Assembly (NCBI GenBank): GCA_963755715.1 | Contig: CAVWLW010000003.1 | Coordinates: 73,351 to 137,350, forward strand | Length of the DNA: 64,000 nucleotides | Source of the DNA: an uncultured delta proteobacterium | GTDB lineage: Bacteria > Desulfobacterota > Binatia > UBA9968 | Reading direction: 5' to 3' | Shown: positions 11,616-22,165 of the stretch, piece by piece | How the letters are laid out: every line of letters starts with the position of its first letter | How positions within the stretch are numbered: position 1 is the stretch's first letter | The notes under the pieces: model-generated | Told to the model about the DNA's origin: nothing | Database searches by the model: none | Seen by the model: the letters and a program-made list of their open reading frames with translations, nothing else | Made by a program: the position numbers and the translations under genes

Positions 11616-12687
11616 ATGAATAATCGATTTTGGCGGGCATTTTTCCAGCTGAGTTTGTTTCCTAATCTAAAATCCAAAGCATGTCCTGAGCAACGACGAA
11701 GAATCCAAAATCGAAAACGGATCGGGATTCTTGCAATCGCAATGGCGCTGCTAAGCCATTGGGCGACGGCGTACGGCCAGGAGGGAAAAACCAAGATCAG
11801 AATCGCGATTCCTAGTGCGTCGATATGTTGCCTTCATTTATTTGCCGCGCAGCAGTGGAAAGTTTTCGAAGACAACGGGCTCGACGTCGAGATCATTCAA
11901 ATGCGGCCCGCAGGTGGCCAACGCCGCGATGGTCAGCCGGAGAAATTCATTATTTCGCAGGCGTCGGGCCGAATTCAGTCGCTGCCACTTTGCGGGGACT
12001 ACCGTCAAGGGCAGTTTGGTTTGCATCGGACCAGTTGATTTACTCGCTTGTTGGCGCGTCCGGAGTTCAAATCACTGAGGGAGCTTCGCTCCAAGCGCAT
12101 CGGCGTGGGCGGTTTGGGCGACACCACCGAAGTGTCGCTGAGAATCGGTCTCGAAGCCGCCGGCGAGAATTCCAGAGACTTCATTATCCTCGGCGTAGGC
12201 ACGCAAAACTTGCTGAGCGCGCTCGACAGCGGGAGCGTCGATGCCGCGCAATTCAATCCGCCGCTCCTCTATTATGCAAAAAAGAAAGGCTTCCGCGACC
12301 TGTTGGACATCGGTGCGCATGTAAAAATGCCGCTCGGCGGCCTGACGACGCTGGATCACAACAATTCAAAATCGTCCGGCCGAAATGCGCCGTCTCATTC
12401 GCGCTATGCAGCTCGCCAAGCGAAGCCTGCTTCAGTCCAAGGAAAAAAGTGTTGAACTGATGATCCGCGTGCTGAAATTGAACCGGGAAACCGCCGAGGA
12501 CACTTTTGTTGATTATCAAAAAACCGTCAGCGGCAATGGCGTGCCGAGCCGCGACGGCATCGAACAGATCGTCAAATCGCTTCAGCTGTTAGGCCAATTC
12601 GTCGGTAGGAAGGTCGGCTTCGAAGAAGTTGCCGATGCGCGAATCGCCAGAGAAGTCGCGAAGGAACTGGGTTACAAGATTGAGTAG
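11616..12687 (+). CDS. NMT1/THI5-like substrate-binding protein, subtype A (several frameshifts)
   Basis: KIRIAIPSASICCLHLF; fragments 11825-, 12048- and 12385-12687 are colinear with the 8673-9673 paralog. Confidence 0.8.
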
Positions 12688-12784
12688 CTTGGATTGTCGG
12701 GGGAGACGGGAGTCGAGCCGTACGATTGTTGATCGAGCCAATTTGAGTGCCAGTGTTACCGAGGAATGAAGGGCGGCGAGCGTG

Positions 12785-13758
12785 ATGCAACCCAAGTTCT
12801 TAACGGCATCGTTTTTCGTGGGAGCATTCTGCTTGGTGTCCAATGCCAGCGGCGGTCTATTGGCTCAAGACAAGGTTCGTATCGGCTACATCGGCTTGTC
12901 GTTGAGCAGTATGCCGCTCCTTGCCGCACGGGACCTCGGGTTATTTGCCAAAAACGGCATTCAGGCGGAACTCTTGATGCTTACCTTCCAGCTTTCGTCA
13001 TGGCGCTCAATGCCGGAGACTTGGAATACGTCGCCGGCGTTGGCCCCGGCTCGGTGAGCGCTACCCTGGGAGGGAGCTCGTCGCGCGCGGTGTGGATCGT
13101 CGCCAATCGGCTGATCTACAATGTTATCGCGCAGCCAGAGGTGAAAACGCTTCAAGAGCTTCGCGGCAAGAGGATCGGTGTGAGCGGCCTGGGAGCGACG
13201 ACCCACACTGCGTTTACGATGGCCGTGGAGAAAGCCGGGGCCAATCCGAAGGACTTCATCGTGGTTGGCCTCGGGCCACAACAGCAGCAGCGCGCGCTGG
13301 AGTCGAAGAGCATCGAAGCAGTGATTGTCGATCCGCCGGTGCTGTTTGTATTACTCAAGAAGGGTTTCAGCAAAGTTCTCGATATCGGCGCGGCGGTGGA
13401 AATGCCGGTGGGCGGACTAACGACGCTGATCAAGACTCTGGGCGCCAGACCGGATCAAGTCCGACGCGTCATCAGAGCGCTGCAAGAAGCGAAGGAAGCG
13501 CTCATTGCTTCAAAAGAAAGATCAGTGGACCTTATTGCCAAGACGATGAAAATGGATCAGGAAACCGCGACAAAGACGCATGAGATGATGGCATTGGCGT
13601 GGGCTGGGAGCGGAGTGCCGACGCGAACGGGCATGGAGAATATCGTCAAGGGGATTCAATCTCAGGGTCGATTCGCGGATCGGAAAGTCGCTTTCGAGGA
13701 AATCGCCGACCCACGCCTCGCATTGCAAGTCGCGCGCGAGCTCGCTCACAAGGATTGA
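12785..13758 (+). CDS. NMT1/THI5-like substrate-binding protein, subtype B (frameshift near 12985)
   Basis: MQPKFLTASF signal, DKVRIGY; colinear with 9729-10694. Confidence 0.85.
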
Positions 13759-13897
13759 GAGAGAAACACTTGATCCCGAAATTCGAAACGGATCCAAATA
13801 TTCAATTAGTCGCCGATTTTGGATTTTGATGGAGGGAAGGGACCGTGAAGTAGAAACATAACCGCGAATTCATTTCCATCCATGGTGGGAGTTGCCT

Positions 13898-14878
13898 ATG
13901 TCAAGCTCAAAATTCATATTGTTCTTCCCGGCTTTGGTCGCGTCATTCTATCTCGAGAGCTCGCTTCACGCGCAGGAAAAGTTTAAAAAGATTCGGGTCA
14001 CCTATCCGACCGAATCGATCGCCGTGCTGCCGTTATTCGCCGCCCATCGATGGAAGACCTTCGAAGACAACGACCTGCAAGCGGAAATCATTCAGGCTCG
14101 ATCGCAGGTCGCCAACGCGGCGTTGGCGAGCGGCGAGATCGGGTATTTCGCCGGTGTGGGCCCGGCTTCGGTGAGCGCGACGTTGAGAGGACTTCAGTCG
14201 CGCGCGGTTTGGTTCGCCAGCGACGAGATTATCTACTTGCTGCTCGCCCGGCCTGAATTTTCGAATATCCGGGATCTCCGGCAAAAGAAGATCGGTATCA
14301 CCGGCTTGGGGGGCACGGCGCATGTAGCTTTGCAGATTGCCCTCGAGGCGGTGCACGAGAATCCGAAAAACTTTTTGTACGTGTCGATCACCGCGGCGCA
14401 GCTCATGGCAGCGCTGGAAACCGGCGTCATCGACGCGGCGCTCATGAGTCCGCCTTACGATTTCTACGCTAAGAAAAAAGGATTTCGCGAAGTGCTCAAC
14501 GCGGGGACCTATGCTCGGATGCCTTTCGGTGGCCTCACGGTGATGATCGCGACGCTGCGTAATCGAGCCGACGAGTTAAAGAAGGTGATGCGCGCCATGC
14601 AAGTGGCCAAGCGGGAGATGCTCAAGTCCAAGGAAAGAACTGTCGCGTTGATCTCGAATTTTCTAAAAGTCGACCGCGACGCTGCGGAAAACACCTACGC
14701 GGTTTATGGCAAAACCGTCAGCGGCAGTGGCGTGCCGAGTCATGACGGCATCGATCAGATCATGAAATCACTCCAGTTGGCCGGCCAATTCACCGACCGC
14801 AAAGTGAGCTTTGAAGAAGTCGCCGACGACCGGATTGCCAAGGAAGTCGCCAAAGAGCTCGGCTACAAGATCAATTGA
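13898..14878 (+). CDS. NMT1/THI5-like substrate-binding protein, subtype A
   Basis: KIRVTYPTESIAVL, FAGVGPASVSATLRG, AKEVAKELGYKIN. Confidence 0.88.
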   Translation: MSSSKFILFFPALVASFYLESSLHAQEKFKKIRVTYPTESIAVLPLFAAHRWKTFEDNDLQAEIIQARSQVANAALASGEIGYFAGVGPASVSATLRGLQSRAVWFASDEIIYLLLARPEFSNIRDLRQKKIGITGLGGTAHVALQIALEAVHENPKNFLYVSITAAQLMAALETGVIDAALMSPPYDFYAKKKGFREVLNAGTYARMPFGGLTVMIATLRNRADELKKVMRAMQVAKREMLKSKERTVALISNFLKVDRDAAENTYAVYGKTVSGSGVPSHDGIDQIMKSLQLAGQFTDRKVSFEEVADDRIAKEVAKELGYKIN

Positions 14879-14924
14879 TTGGCGGCGGGTGTCCATCTGC
14901 TAGAGGTTAATTCCTCTTTCCACA

Positions 14925-15191
14925 AGACTGTGCCGCAACCAAAAAGTCGGAATCAGTGTCATTCTGAACGCCAGACTGCGTGAAAACACCGTTCATGGTT
15001 CGACTAGGCTCACCACGAACGGTGTAGTCTCATTAGAAATAGAGTACTTATCCGTTCGCCCTCAGCACCGTCGAAGGGCTCCGAGGGAGTTTTCACACAG
15101 TCTGACGAAGTGAAGAATCTCGACCGGTTGACGGGCTACAAAAGACGAGATCCTTCGGCTATCGCCTCAGGATGACATTACAACACAATCT
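14925..15191. mobile_element. Nested non-autonomous miniature inverted-repeat elements
   Basis: Three concentric inverted-repeat pairs plus inner palindromes; ACG is duplicated around the inner element (see findings). Confidence 0.75.
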
Positions 15192-15237
15192 CGCCGCCAG
15201 TGAGACGCGTTGATGATGATTCGAATTCGCGAGATTT

Positions 15238-15297
15238 GGAGGGGGCGACCCTGCGTGGTCGCCCGTTCGAAGGGCAGACACATAGGTCTGCCCTTAC
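15238..15297. repeat. GTAG-family REP doublet (degenerate)
   Basis: gggcgacc...ggtcgccc and gggcagac...gtctgccc hairpins; near-identical in structure to 17772-17830. Confidence 0.8.
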
Positions 15298-15430
15298 ATC
15301 GATATGTGGGTGAAATTTACTTGACCGCTACTACCTGCGCCTCGCCTTGACACACCGAGAGCATGTCGGATATTTCTGACCGCGATACGGTGACGTTCCC
15401 TTTAGCTTTGATTCAGAGAGGAAAGCAGTC

Positions 15431-16579
15431 ATGGCGTTGAGTAAAGAAGAAAACGAAATGCTCACGAGAGTGGGACCGGGCACGCCCGCGGGCGAGATGC
15501 TGCGGCGCTATTGGCAGCCGATCGGCTTGGCGGCGGAGCTTCAAGACAAACCGAAGCGGAGACGCATCCTCGGTGAAGACGTGGTCATGTTTCGTGACGA
15601 TCGAGGCAGGGTTGGAGTGTTGACTTTGCGCTGCATGCATCGCGGCACGTCCTTGGAGTTCGGTCATATCGAAAACGGCGGGCTGCGCTGCTGTTATCAC
15701 GGCTGGCTTTACGACGTCGAAGGCAAGGTTTTGGAAACTCCCGGCGAGCCGCCGGCGAGCACCTTCAAAGAGCGCATTCGTCAGCCGGCTTACAAAGCGC
15801 AGGAATTGGGAGGTGTCATCTTCGTTTATATGGGTCCCGAGCCGGCGCCGCTGTTGCCGAGGTATGATGTCCTGGTGAGAGAGGACGGTGTGCGGGCGCG
15901 GCGCGCGCGTACGGTCAACTGTAATTTTTTTCAGATGATTGAAAACTCCGTCGATCAGAATCATTTGAAGTGGCTGCATCGCACGGCGAAGACGCCGGAC
16001 TGGGACGACGGCGAGATCGATCCACAACCATTCGAATACGGAATTCTCAACACCTACACACGGCGTGTCGCCGGTAAAAAATGGGCGCACTGTAACTTTT
16101 TTGTCATGCCGACGATGAATAAGACCGGCAATGTCGAGGAAGGCCATCCGACCGAACACAGAGCGAGCAGCGCCGGCGAGGTCATGCGCTGGCGGGTGCC
16201 GATCGATGATACGCACTCGATGCATTTCACCGTCGAGTTCGGCGTTGTCGTCGACGGCAAGCCGGTTGCCAACATCATGAAAGACGATTCGGCGGCGGGG
16301 CTTTGCGAGACTCAGTTCGGCGTCTACAAGTGGGATGAATCCATCGGTTGGTTTGCCAGAGGAGATCAAGATCGGGTGGCGCAAGAAAGCCAGGGACCGA
16401 TCTACGACCGGACGACGGAACACCTAGTGTACACGGACCGCGGGGTGATTCTCTTGCGGCGCTTGTACAAAGAATCCATCGAGGCCGTGAAGCGGGGAGG
16501 CGATCCGATCGGCGTCATCCGCGACCCGGAAAAAAATCGGATCATCCGGCTGCAGCCGCATGAGGATTTGCTGGACTAA
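15431..16579 (+). CDS. Rieske non-heme iron oxygenase alpha subunit (phthalate 4,5-dioxygenase/LigX-like) #1
   Basis: LTRVGPGTPAGEMLRRYWQP, Rieske CMH...CCYHGW, catalytic ENSVDQNHLKWLH, QDRVAQESQG. Confidence 0.92.
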   Translation: MALSKEENEMLTRVGPGTPAGEMLRRYWQPIGLAAELQDKPKRRRILGEDVVMFRDDRGRVGVLTLRCMHRGTSLEFGHIENGGLRCCYHGWLYDVEGKVLETPGEPPASTFKERIRQPAYKAQELGGVIFVYMGPEPAPLLPRYDVLVREDGVRARRARTVNCNFFQMIENSVDQNHLKWLHRTAKTPDWDDGEIDPQPFEYGILNTYTRRVAGKKWAHCNFFVMPTMNKTGNVEEGHPTEHRASSAGEVMRWRVPIDDTHSMHFTVEFGVVVDGKPVANIMKDDSAAGLCETQFGVYKWDESIGWFARGDQDRVAQESQGPIYDRTTEHLVYTDRGVILLRRLYKESIEAVKRGGDPIGVIRDPEKNRIIRLQPHEDLLD

Positions 16580-16685
16580 ATAACCCGTTCAAAACGCTCA
16601 AGCAGTTCAAAACGTTCAAGACGTTTGGTCATTCAAAGATTCAAGGTTTCAAAAGTTCAATGTTAGGGCGGGAGCGGAAATCATA

Positions 16686-17759
16686 ATGAAGACCGGCAGG
16701 AAAGGCGTCATTTTCGGATTTTTATTCGCCCTGGTCTCATTTCATTCCGCCGGCGCGGCCGAGACCTTGGACTCATTGATCGCCGGAGCGAAGAAAGAAC
16801 CCGAGTTTACTTTTATTGCCGGGGCGCAGACTTTCGGCGGGCAAAAGACTTTGTCGCTGTTGGAATCCGCGTTCAATAAAAAATTTGGTCTCAACGGCAA
16901 GATTCGTTTCAGCGCCGGACCAGAGATGAACGCCATGGCGGCGCGGGTGATCACCGAGCTCAAGATGGGCGCCAAAGCGTCGAGCGATATCTATCACGGC
17001 TCGCAATCGCATTTCGCTTTGTTGCACAAAGAGAAGGCGCTGGACACAGTGAACTACTCGGGGATCTTTCCGTGGATCACCAAAGACATGGAAATATTTC
17101 CGAGCGAGGGCTTGCTGATTTTTACTTCGCTGCGCGGAATTATTTACAATTCGAAACTCATTCCGAAGGACAGGGCGCCGAAGACCTACGAAGATTTGGT
17201 CGATCCGAAATTGAGTCCGGCGTGGGCCGGCAAGATGGCGATCCCGCCGTACGTTTCGTGGCTGGTCGAGCTGTCGATGATCTGGAGTGAAGACAAGGTC
17301 AAGAATTTCACCCGCAAGCTGGTGGCGCTGAGCGGCGGGCGGTTGCGTTACAGCGAAGAGGAGCGCGTGGTCAGCGGGGAATTTCCGATCGCCGCCAACA
17401 TGGGCGGAGCCACGGAGCAAATGTGGCAGTGGCAAGCCAAGGGCGCGCCGCTGGTGGCGATCATGGGCTCGACGCCGGTGCTGCCGTCTTACTTTCAGCT
17501 CGGTGTGCCGAAGAATACCGCGCATCCAAACTTGTCAAAGCTCTTCGTCGGCTTTATGGCGTCGAAAGAAGCTCAAGCCATCCTCGAAAAAAATGATTTT
17601 CGCACTTCGCACCTCGTCGAAGGCACGATCATGGCGAAGTATCTGAAACAAAATAAAGTGCAGCTGCAGGAAGCTAAAGATTCGATCGCGTTTTATCTAC
17701 AAGGCGAAGATAGCGGCTTGGAGTTCAAAGAAGAGCTGACGAAGATGCTGAAGCAGTGA
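16686..17759 (+). CDS. ABC substrate-binding protein, Fe(III)/thiamine/polyamine-type #1
   Basis: Signal peptide, LIAGAKKE, IIYNSKLIP, PKTYEDLVDP, AHPNLSKLFV. Confidence 0.87.
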   Translation: MKTGRKGVIFGFLFALVSFHSAGAAETLDSLIAGAKKEPEFTFIAGAQTFGGQKTLSLLESAFNKKFGLNGKIRFSAGPEMNAMAARVITELKMGAKASSDIYHGSQSHFALLHKEKALDTVNYSGIFPWITKDMEIFPSEGLLIFTSLRGIIYNSKLIPKDRAPKTYEDLVDPKLSPAWAGKMAIPPYVSWLVELSMIWSEDKVKNFTRKLVALSGGRLRYSEEERVVSGEFPIAANMGGATEQMWQWQAKGAPLVAIMGSTPVLPSYFQLGVPKNTAHPNLSKLFVGFMASKEAQAILEKNDFRTSHLVEGTIMAKYLKQNKVQLQEAKDSIAFYLQGEDSGLEFKEELTKMLKQ

Positions 17760-17771
17760 ACGATGCATGGT

Positions 17772-17830
17772 GTAGGGGCGACCCTATGTGGTCGCCCGTT
17801 CGGAGGGCGGACACACAGGTCCGCCCCTAC
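17772..17830. repeat. GTAG-family REP doublet
   Basis: gtaggggcgaccctatgtggtcgccc-gttcgga-gggcggacacacaggtccgcccctac: GTAG...CTAC ends and two hairpins. Confidence 0.85.
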
Positions 17831-17888
17831 ATCGGAATGTCTTGATGATCCGATTGGGCGTTGCGAATAGAAGGAAGGAAATCCTCCC

Positions 17889-19023
17889 ATGCTGTCGAAA
17901 GAAGAAAACGAACTCTTGACTCGTGTCGGTCCGGGTACGCCGGCGGGAACGATGCTGCGCCGTTACTGGTGGCCGGTGGCGTTCAGCGAAACGGTGAAAG
18001 CCAAAGGCGCTCCGGTCAAAGTGAAGTTGTTGGGGGAAGAGTTTGCGATGTTTCGCGATGGCGCGGGACAGACTCGGACTCGTCGCTCTCCATTGTTCGC
18101 ATCGAGGTACTTCGCTCGAATATGGCCGCGTCGAGGACAATGGCATTCGCTGTTGTTATCACGGATGGCTCTACGACATTCAAGGCAATTGTTTGGAGCA
18201 ACCTGCGGAGCCCGGCGATAGCACTTTCAAAGAACGTATTAAGCACCCGGCATATCATGCGCACGATGCCGCCGGACTAATTTTCGCTTATGTCGGGCCG
18301 GAGCCGGTGCCAATGCTGCCGAGTTACGACTTGCTCGTCAGAGAAGACGGCTGCCGCGTGGTCGGCGGCGACGAAGAAAATTGCAATTGGTTGCAGCGCG
18401 CCGAGAACTCGGCGGACGGCGCGCATTCGATCGCGCTGCATGCGGCGGGTTATCCAAACATGGCATTGAAGCGGCCGACGATTAAATGGGAGCCGACGCG
18501 ATTCGGCATCAAAGAAACTACCTGGATCGAAGATGTGTCGAAACCGCGCATTTCCCATTACGTTTTTCCATCGCATGTGCGCCACTCCGCGGCACGCGTC
18601 GGCGAGCAACCGCGCCAGGTGATCCGTTTCCGCGTTCCGACCGACGATGTCACGACGACCACGTTCTGGATCGATTTCTATCCGCACAAAGAGGGGAAAC
18701 CGACTAGACCGATGGCGTTGTCCATCAAAGGATTTAGAAAAAGCCAACCGGGCGTTTACGAGCGAGTCCAAGACGGCTGGTGGAATCTTCCTAACCGGGA
18801 GCAAGACCGTGTGGCTCAGGAAAGCCAGGGCCTAGTCGCGGATCGCACCAAGGAGCATTTAGCAACCTCGGATCAAGGGATCTTGATGCTGCGCAAGATG
18901 ATTCGAGACTCGATCGAGGCGGTGCAACAAGGCAAGGATCCGATCGGCGTGATTCGAGATTCCAATGACAACGGACCGATTACCTTCGACTCCAGCAGAG
19001 ATGCCGTCGAGGCATTGAGTTGA
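17889..19023 (+). CDS. Rieske oxygenase alpha subunit #2 (frameshift near 18070)
   Basis: MLSKEENELLTRVGPGTP, CSH...CCYHGW, ENSADGAHSIALH, QDRVAQESQG. Confidence 0.9.
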
Positions 19024-19102
19024 AGCTAATACGAGTCGAAGATCGAGGATCGCAATTTTCCATCCTCCATTCGCGGCCGCATTGCTGAGAGAGGTGAAAC
19101 TG

Positions 19103-20161
19103 ATGCTCTATGTCTTGATCGTCTGCGGCGTCTTTTTGCACGCGCTATTATCCGCTACATCCGCGCAGGCGCAAAAGCTGGAGCAGATCGTCGCGGAAGC
19201 GAAGAAGGAAGGGGAAGTCATGCTGGTCGCCAGCGCGTCGACTTTCGGCGGTAAGAAAGGATTTGCCGAGCTCGAAAATCTTTTCGCCAAACGTTACGGT
19301 TTCAAGGCCAAGGTCAGTCTCACCGGCGGCCCGAGCTTTCCTCAAGTGGCCGCACGCATCATCGCCGAGCAAAAGGCGGGAGCCAAATCGTCCACTGACA
19401 TGTACCTAGGGTCCGACGGGACTTATGTGACCATGGATCAAGAAAAGGCGCTGGAAAAGGTGAACTGGTCGGGAGTCTTTCCCTGGGTGACCAAAGAGAT
19501 GGAAATTTTTCCGCAGCAGTCGGTGCTGATTTACGCTTCGTTTCACGGCATCATCTACAATTCGAACTCGATCCCGAAAAATAAGGCGCCGAAGAGTTAC
19601 GAAGATCTGATCGATCCGGCGCTCGCGCCCACTTGGGCGGGAAAGATGGCGATCCCTTCGTATATTCACTGGCTGCTGCGCGTGTCGCCGATTTGGGGGC
19701 GGGAAAAAGTTTTGCCTTTCGCGCGCAAGCTCGCGACTCTGGTCGGCGGACGATTGCGCCAGGGAGAGGAAGAACGCATCGTCAGCGGCGAGTTCCCGAT
19801 CATGGCAAGCACCGGCGGTGCGCTGGAGGCGATGTGGAAATGGCAAGCCAAGGGGGCGCCGCTCGTGGGGCTGCCCGGCTCGACGCCGGCGACAAGCTCT
19901 TATTATCAACTGTCGGTGCCGAAAAATTCGGTTCATCCGAATATGGCCAAGCTATTCATCGCGCTTATGGTGACCCGAGAAGGCCAGGCAGTGCTGGAAA
20001 AGAACGACATGCGCAGCTCCTACCTGGTCGACGGCACGCTGATGTCAAAGTACGTCAAAGCCAACAAGCTTAAGCTGCAAGATCCGCGCGAGCTGAACGA
20101 AGTTTTCCAGAAGGAAGACACCAGCCTGGAAGAAGAGTTGACGAAAATCCTGTTGAAATAG
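19103..20161 (+). CDS. Fe/thiamine-type substrate-binding protein #2
   Basis: Paralog of 16686-17759: AKKEGEV, STFGG, VSGEFP, HPNMAKLF. Confidence 0.87.
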   Translation: MLYVLIVCGVFLHALLSATSAQAQKLEQIVAEAKKEGEVMLVASASTFGGKKGFAELENLFAKRYGFKAKVSLTGGPSFPQVAARIIAEQKAGAKSSTDMYLGSDGTYVTMDQEKALEKVNWSGVFPWVTKEMEIFPQQSVLIYASFHGIIYNSNSIPKNKAPKSYEDLIDPALAPTWAGKMAIPSYIHWLLRVSPIWGREKVLPFARKLATLVGGRLRQGEEERIVSGEFPIMASTGGALEAMWKWQAKGAPLVGLPGSTPATSSYYQLSVPKNSVHPNMAKLFIALMVTREGQAVLEKNDMRSSYLVDGTLMSKYVKANKLKLQDPRELNEVFQKEDTSLEEELTKILLK

Positions 20162-20210
20162 GCCCGGGTTTCAAACCTCCCTTAGCTGGATCGGAAACAT
20201 ATAACGCTGC

Positions 20211-21956
20211 ATGTCGACACAAGTTCTCACTGTTGATCAACCGCGGCCGCTGGTGAATTGGTCGAAGCTAGGGCTCTTGGCGATAGCCGGTTTGGCGGCG
20301 CTCTCGATCCTCACTCTGCTGGGCATGATCATCTGGATGAGCCTGCGCACGGGCGTGCCCGGCCAGCCTTCGGCGTACACATTGAAGAACTACGCGGCGC
20401 TGCTCGGCGATTCCTATACCTATCGGGTCATGACCACCACGCTGATTTTCGCGGCGATCACGATCGCCGTTTCGGTGCCGCTGGGATTCATCTTCGCCTG
20501 GTTCATCGAACGGACCGACATACCGTACAAGACAGTGGCCATGAGTGTGCTCAGCATCGGTATCTTGTTCCCGACTTTTCTCAAAGCCATGGGTTGGGTG
20601 TTTCTGCTCCATCCGCGCATCGGCGTGATCAACATTTTCTTGATGCAGCTTTTCGGCCTGACAAACGCGCCGCTCAATATTGCGACGCTCCCCGGAATCG
20701 GTTTCGTGCAAGGCATGACGCTAACCCCGCTCGCCTATGTGATGATCTCGGCGGCCTTGCGCAGCATGAATCCTGCGCTGGTCGAAGCCGCCAGCGTCCA
20801 CGGCGTGAGCCAGTGGCGCACGCTCGTGCGCATCGAGCTGCCGCTCATCTGGCCGGCGTTGTTCTCGGCCGTCATCTGGATGCTTACGGTGGCTATCGCC
20901 GCCTTCGACGTGCCGGGAGTGATCGGCATGGCCAATAATATTTTTACCTTCAGCACCGCGATCTACTTCATGATCAATCCCAACGAAGGCTTGCCGCGTT
21001 ACGGGCTCAGCGGCGCCTACGGCAGCCTCATGGTCGGTTTTTCGTTGATTCTGATGATTCCCTATTTCCGCGCTTTGAAGCAGAGCCACCGTTATCAAAT
21101 CATCTCGGGCAAGTCGTATCAGTCGCGGCCGGTCGCGCTCGGGCGCTGGTGGCTGCTCGGTTGGGGCTTGCTTGGATCATATTTTCTGCTCGCATTCGTG
21201 TTGCCGCTGCTGGCGATTTTCTGGGTGTCATTATTGCCTTACGTTCAAGCACCGTCGTGGCACGCGCTATCGGTCATCTCTTTCGAACGCTACACGCAGA
21301 TCGCGTTTGACAGAGCGCTTTTGGAGGCGGCGATGAACACGGTGCTGTTGATGGTGATCGTGCCGACGGCCATCGTGATCATTTGTTCGGCGATTTCCTG
21401 GATCGTCACCCGCTCGCGTATGCGCTGGCGCGTCGTGCTCGATGCCATTGCGTTTTTGCCCCATCCGGTGCCGCACCTGCTGTTCGCGCTTTCGATCGCC
21501 TATCTGGCATTGCTGATTTCCAACGTGGTCCCGCTCTACGGCACGATCTTCGTGCTGATGGCGGTTTACGTCGTGTGTTGGATCAGCTTCGGCACGCGGG
21601 TGCTCAACAACAGCATGATCCAAGTGCATCGCGAGCTGGAAGAAGCGGCGCAGGTCGGCGGCGCGTCGACATGGCGCATTCTCTTGAAAGTGATCGTGCC
21701 GTTGATCAAACCGGGACTGATTTACACCTGGATTTGGACGTCGCTTTCGGCTTATCGCGAGCTAACGATGGCGGTGTTTTTAGCGTCGCCGAAAAGCCAG
21801 GTGTTGTCGACTTACATTTGGGGCCAGTGGCACGGCGGCGGACTCGGCGACGCGGCGGCGATCGCAATAGTCATGATCGCTGTGATGGCGCCGCTGGTGA
21901 CGACCTTTTGGATCTACGCGCGCAAGCAGCAGCACGTGGCCTCGTCGGCGACGTAA
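20211..21956 (+). CDS. ABC permease with duplicated TM domain (FbpB/ThiP-like)
   Basis: 581 aa, highly hydrophobic, two EAA loops (LVEAASVHG, LEEAAQVGG). Confidence 0.92.
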   Translation: MSTQVLTVDQPRPLVNWSKLGLLAIAGLAALSILTLLGMIIWMSLRTGVPGQPSAYTLKNYAALLGDSYTYRVMTTTLIFAAITIAVSVPLGFIFAWFIERTDIPYKTVAMSVLSIGILFPTFLKAMGWVFLLHPRIGVINIFLMQLFGLTNAPLNIATLPGIGFVQGMTLTPLAYVMISAALRSMNPALVEAASVHGVSQWRTLVRIELPLIWPALFSAVIWMLTVAIAAFDVPGVIGMANNIFTFSTAIYFMINPNEGLPRYGLSGAYGSLMVGFSLILMIPYFRALKQSHRYQIISGKSYQSRPVALGRWWLLGWGLLGSYFLLAFVLPLLAIFWVSLLPYVQAPSWHALSVISFERYTQIAFDRALLEAAMNTVLLMVIVPTAIVIICSAISWIVTRSRMRWRVVLDAIAFLPHPVPHLLFALSIAYLALLISNVVPLYGTIFVLMAVYVVCWISFGTRVLNNSMIQVHRELEEAAQVGGASTWRILLKVIVPLIKPGLIYTWIWTSLSAYRELTMAVFLASPKSQVLSTYIWGQWHGGGLGDAAAIAIVMIAVMAPLVTTFWIYARKQQHVASSAT

Positions 21957-22022
21957 AGTTAAAGAATTCGCAGCGACAAAATCCAGGCCGATCGCCACAG
22001 CCCCTGCAGGTCGCTAAAATAG

Positions 22023-22118
22023 CCGTTCATCTTTCGACAAAAGCTCAAGACGAACGGGGAAGCGGTTGAAATCGGTTGAGGTTTTTCCGTTCGCGCTGAG
22101 GTTCTCGAAGCACGAGCG
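22023..22118. repeat. CCGTTC...GAACGG palindromic repeat pair
   Basis: ccgttcatctttcgacaaaagctcaagacgaacgg and ccgttcgcgctgaggttctcgaagcacgagcg; same family as 14989-15078. Confidence 0.7.
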
Positions 22119-22165
22119 TCATTATTCATCAACGTGGCAGCGCAAACGACCGGAGGTATTCTGCC

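Noticed and set aside
14925-15297. Repeat cluster as a CRISPR array or structured ncRNA/riboswitch
   Set aside because: No regularly spaced direct repeats with unique spacers and no cas genes; the structure is explained by nested inverted-repeat elements.
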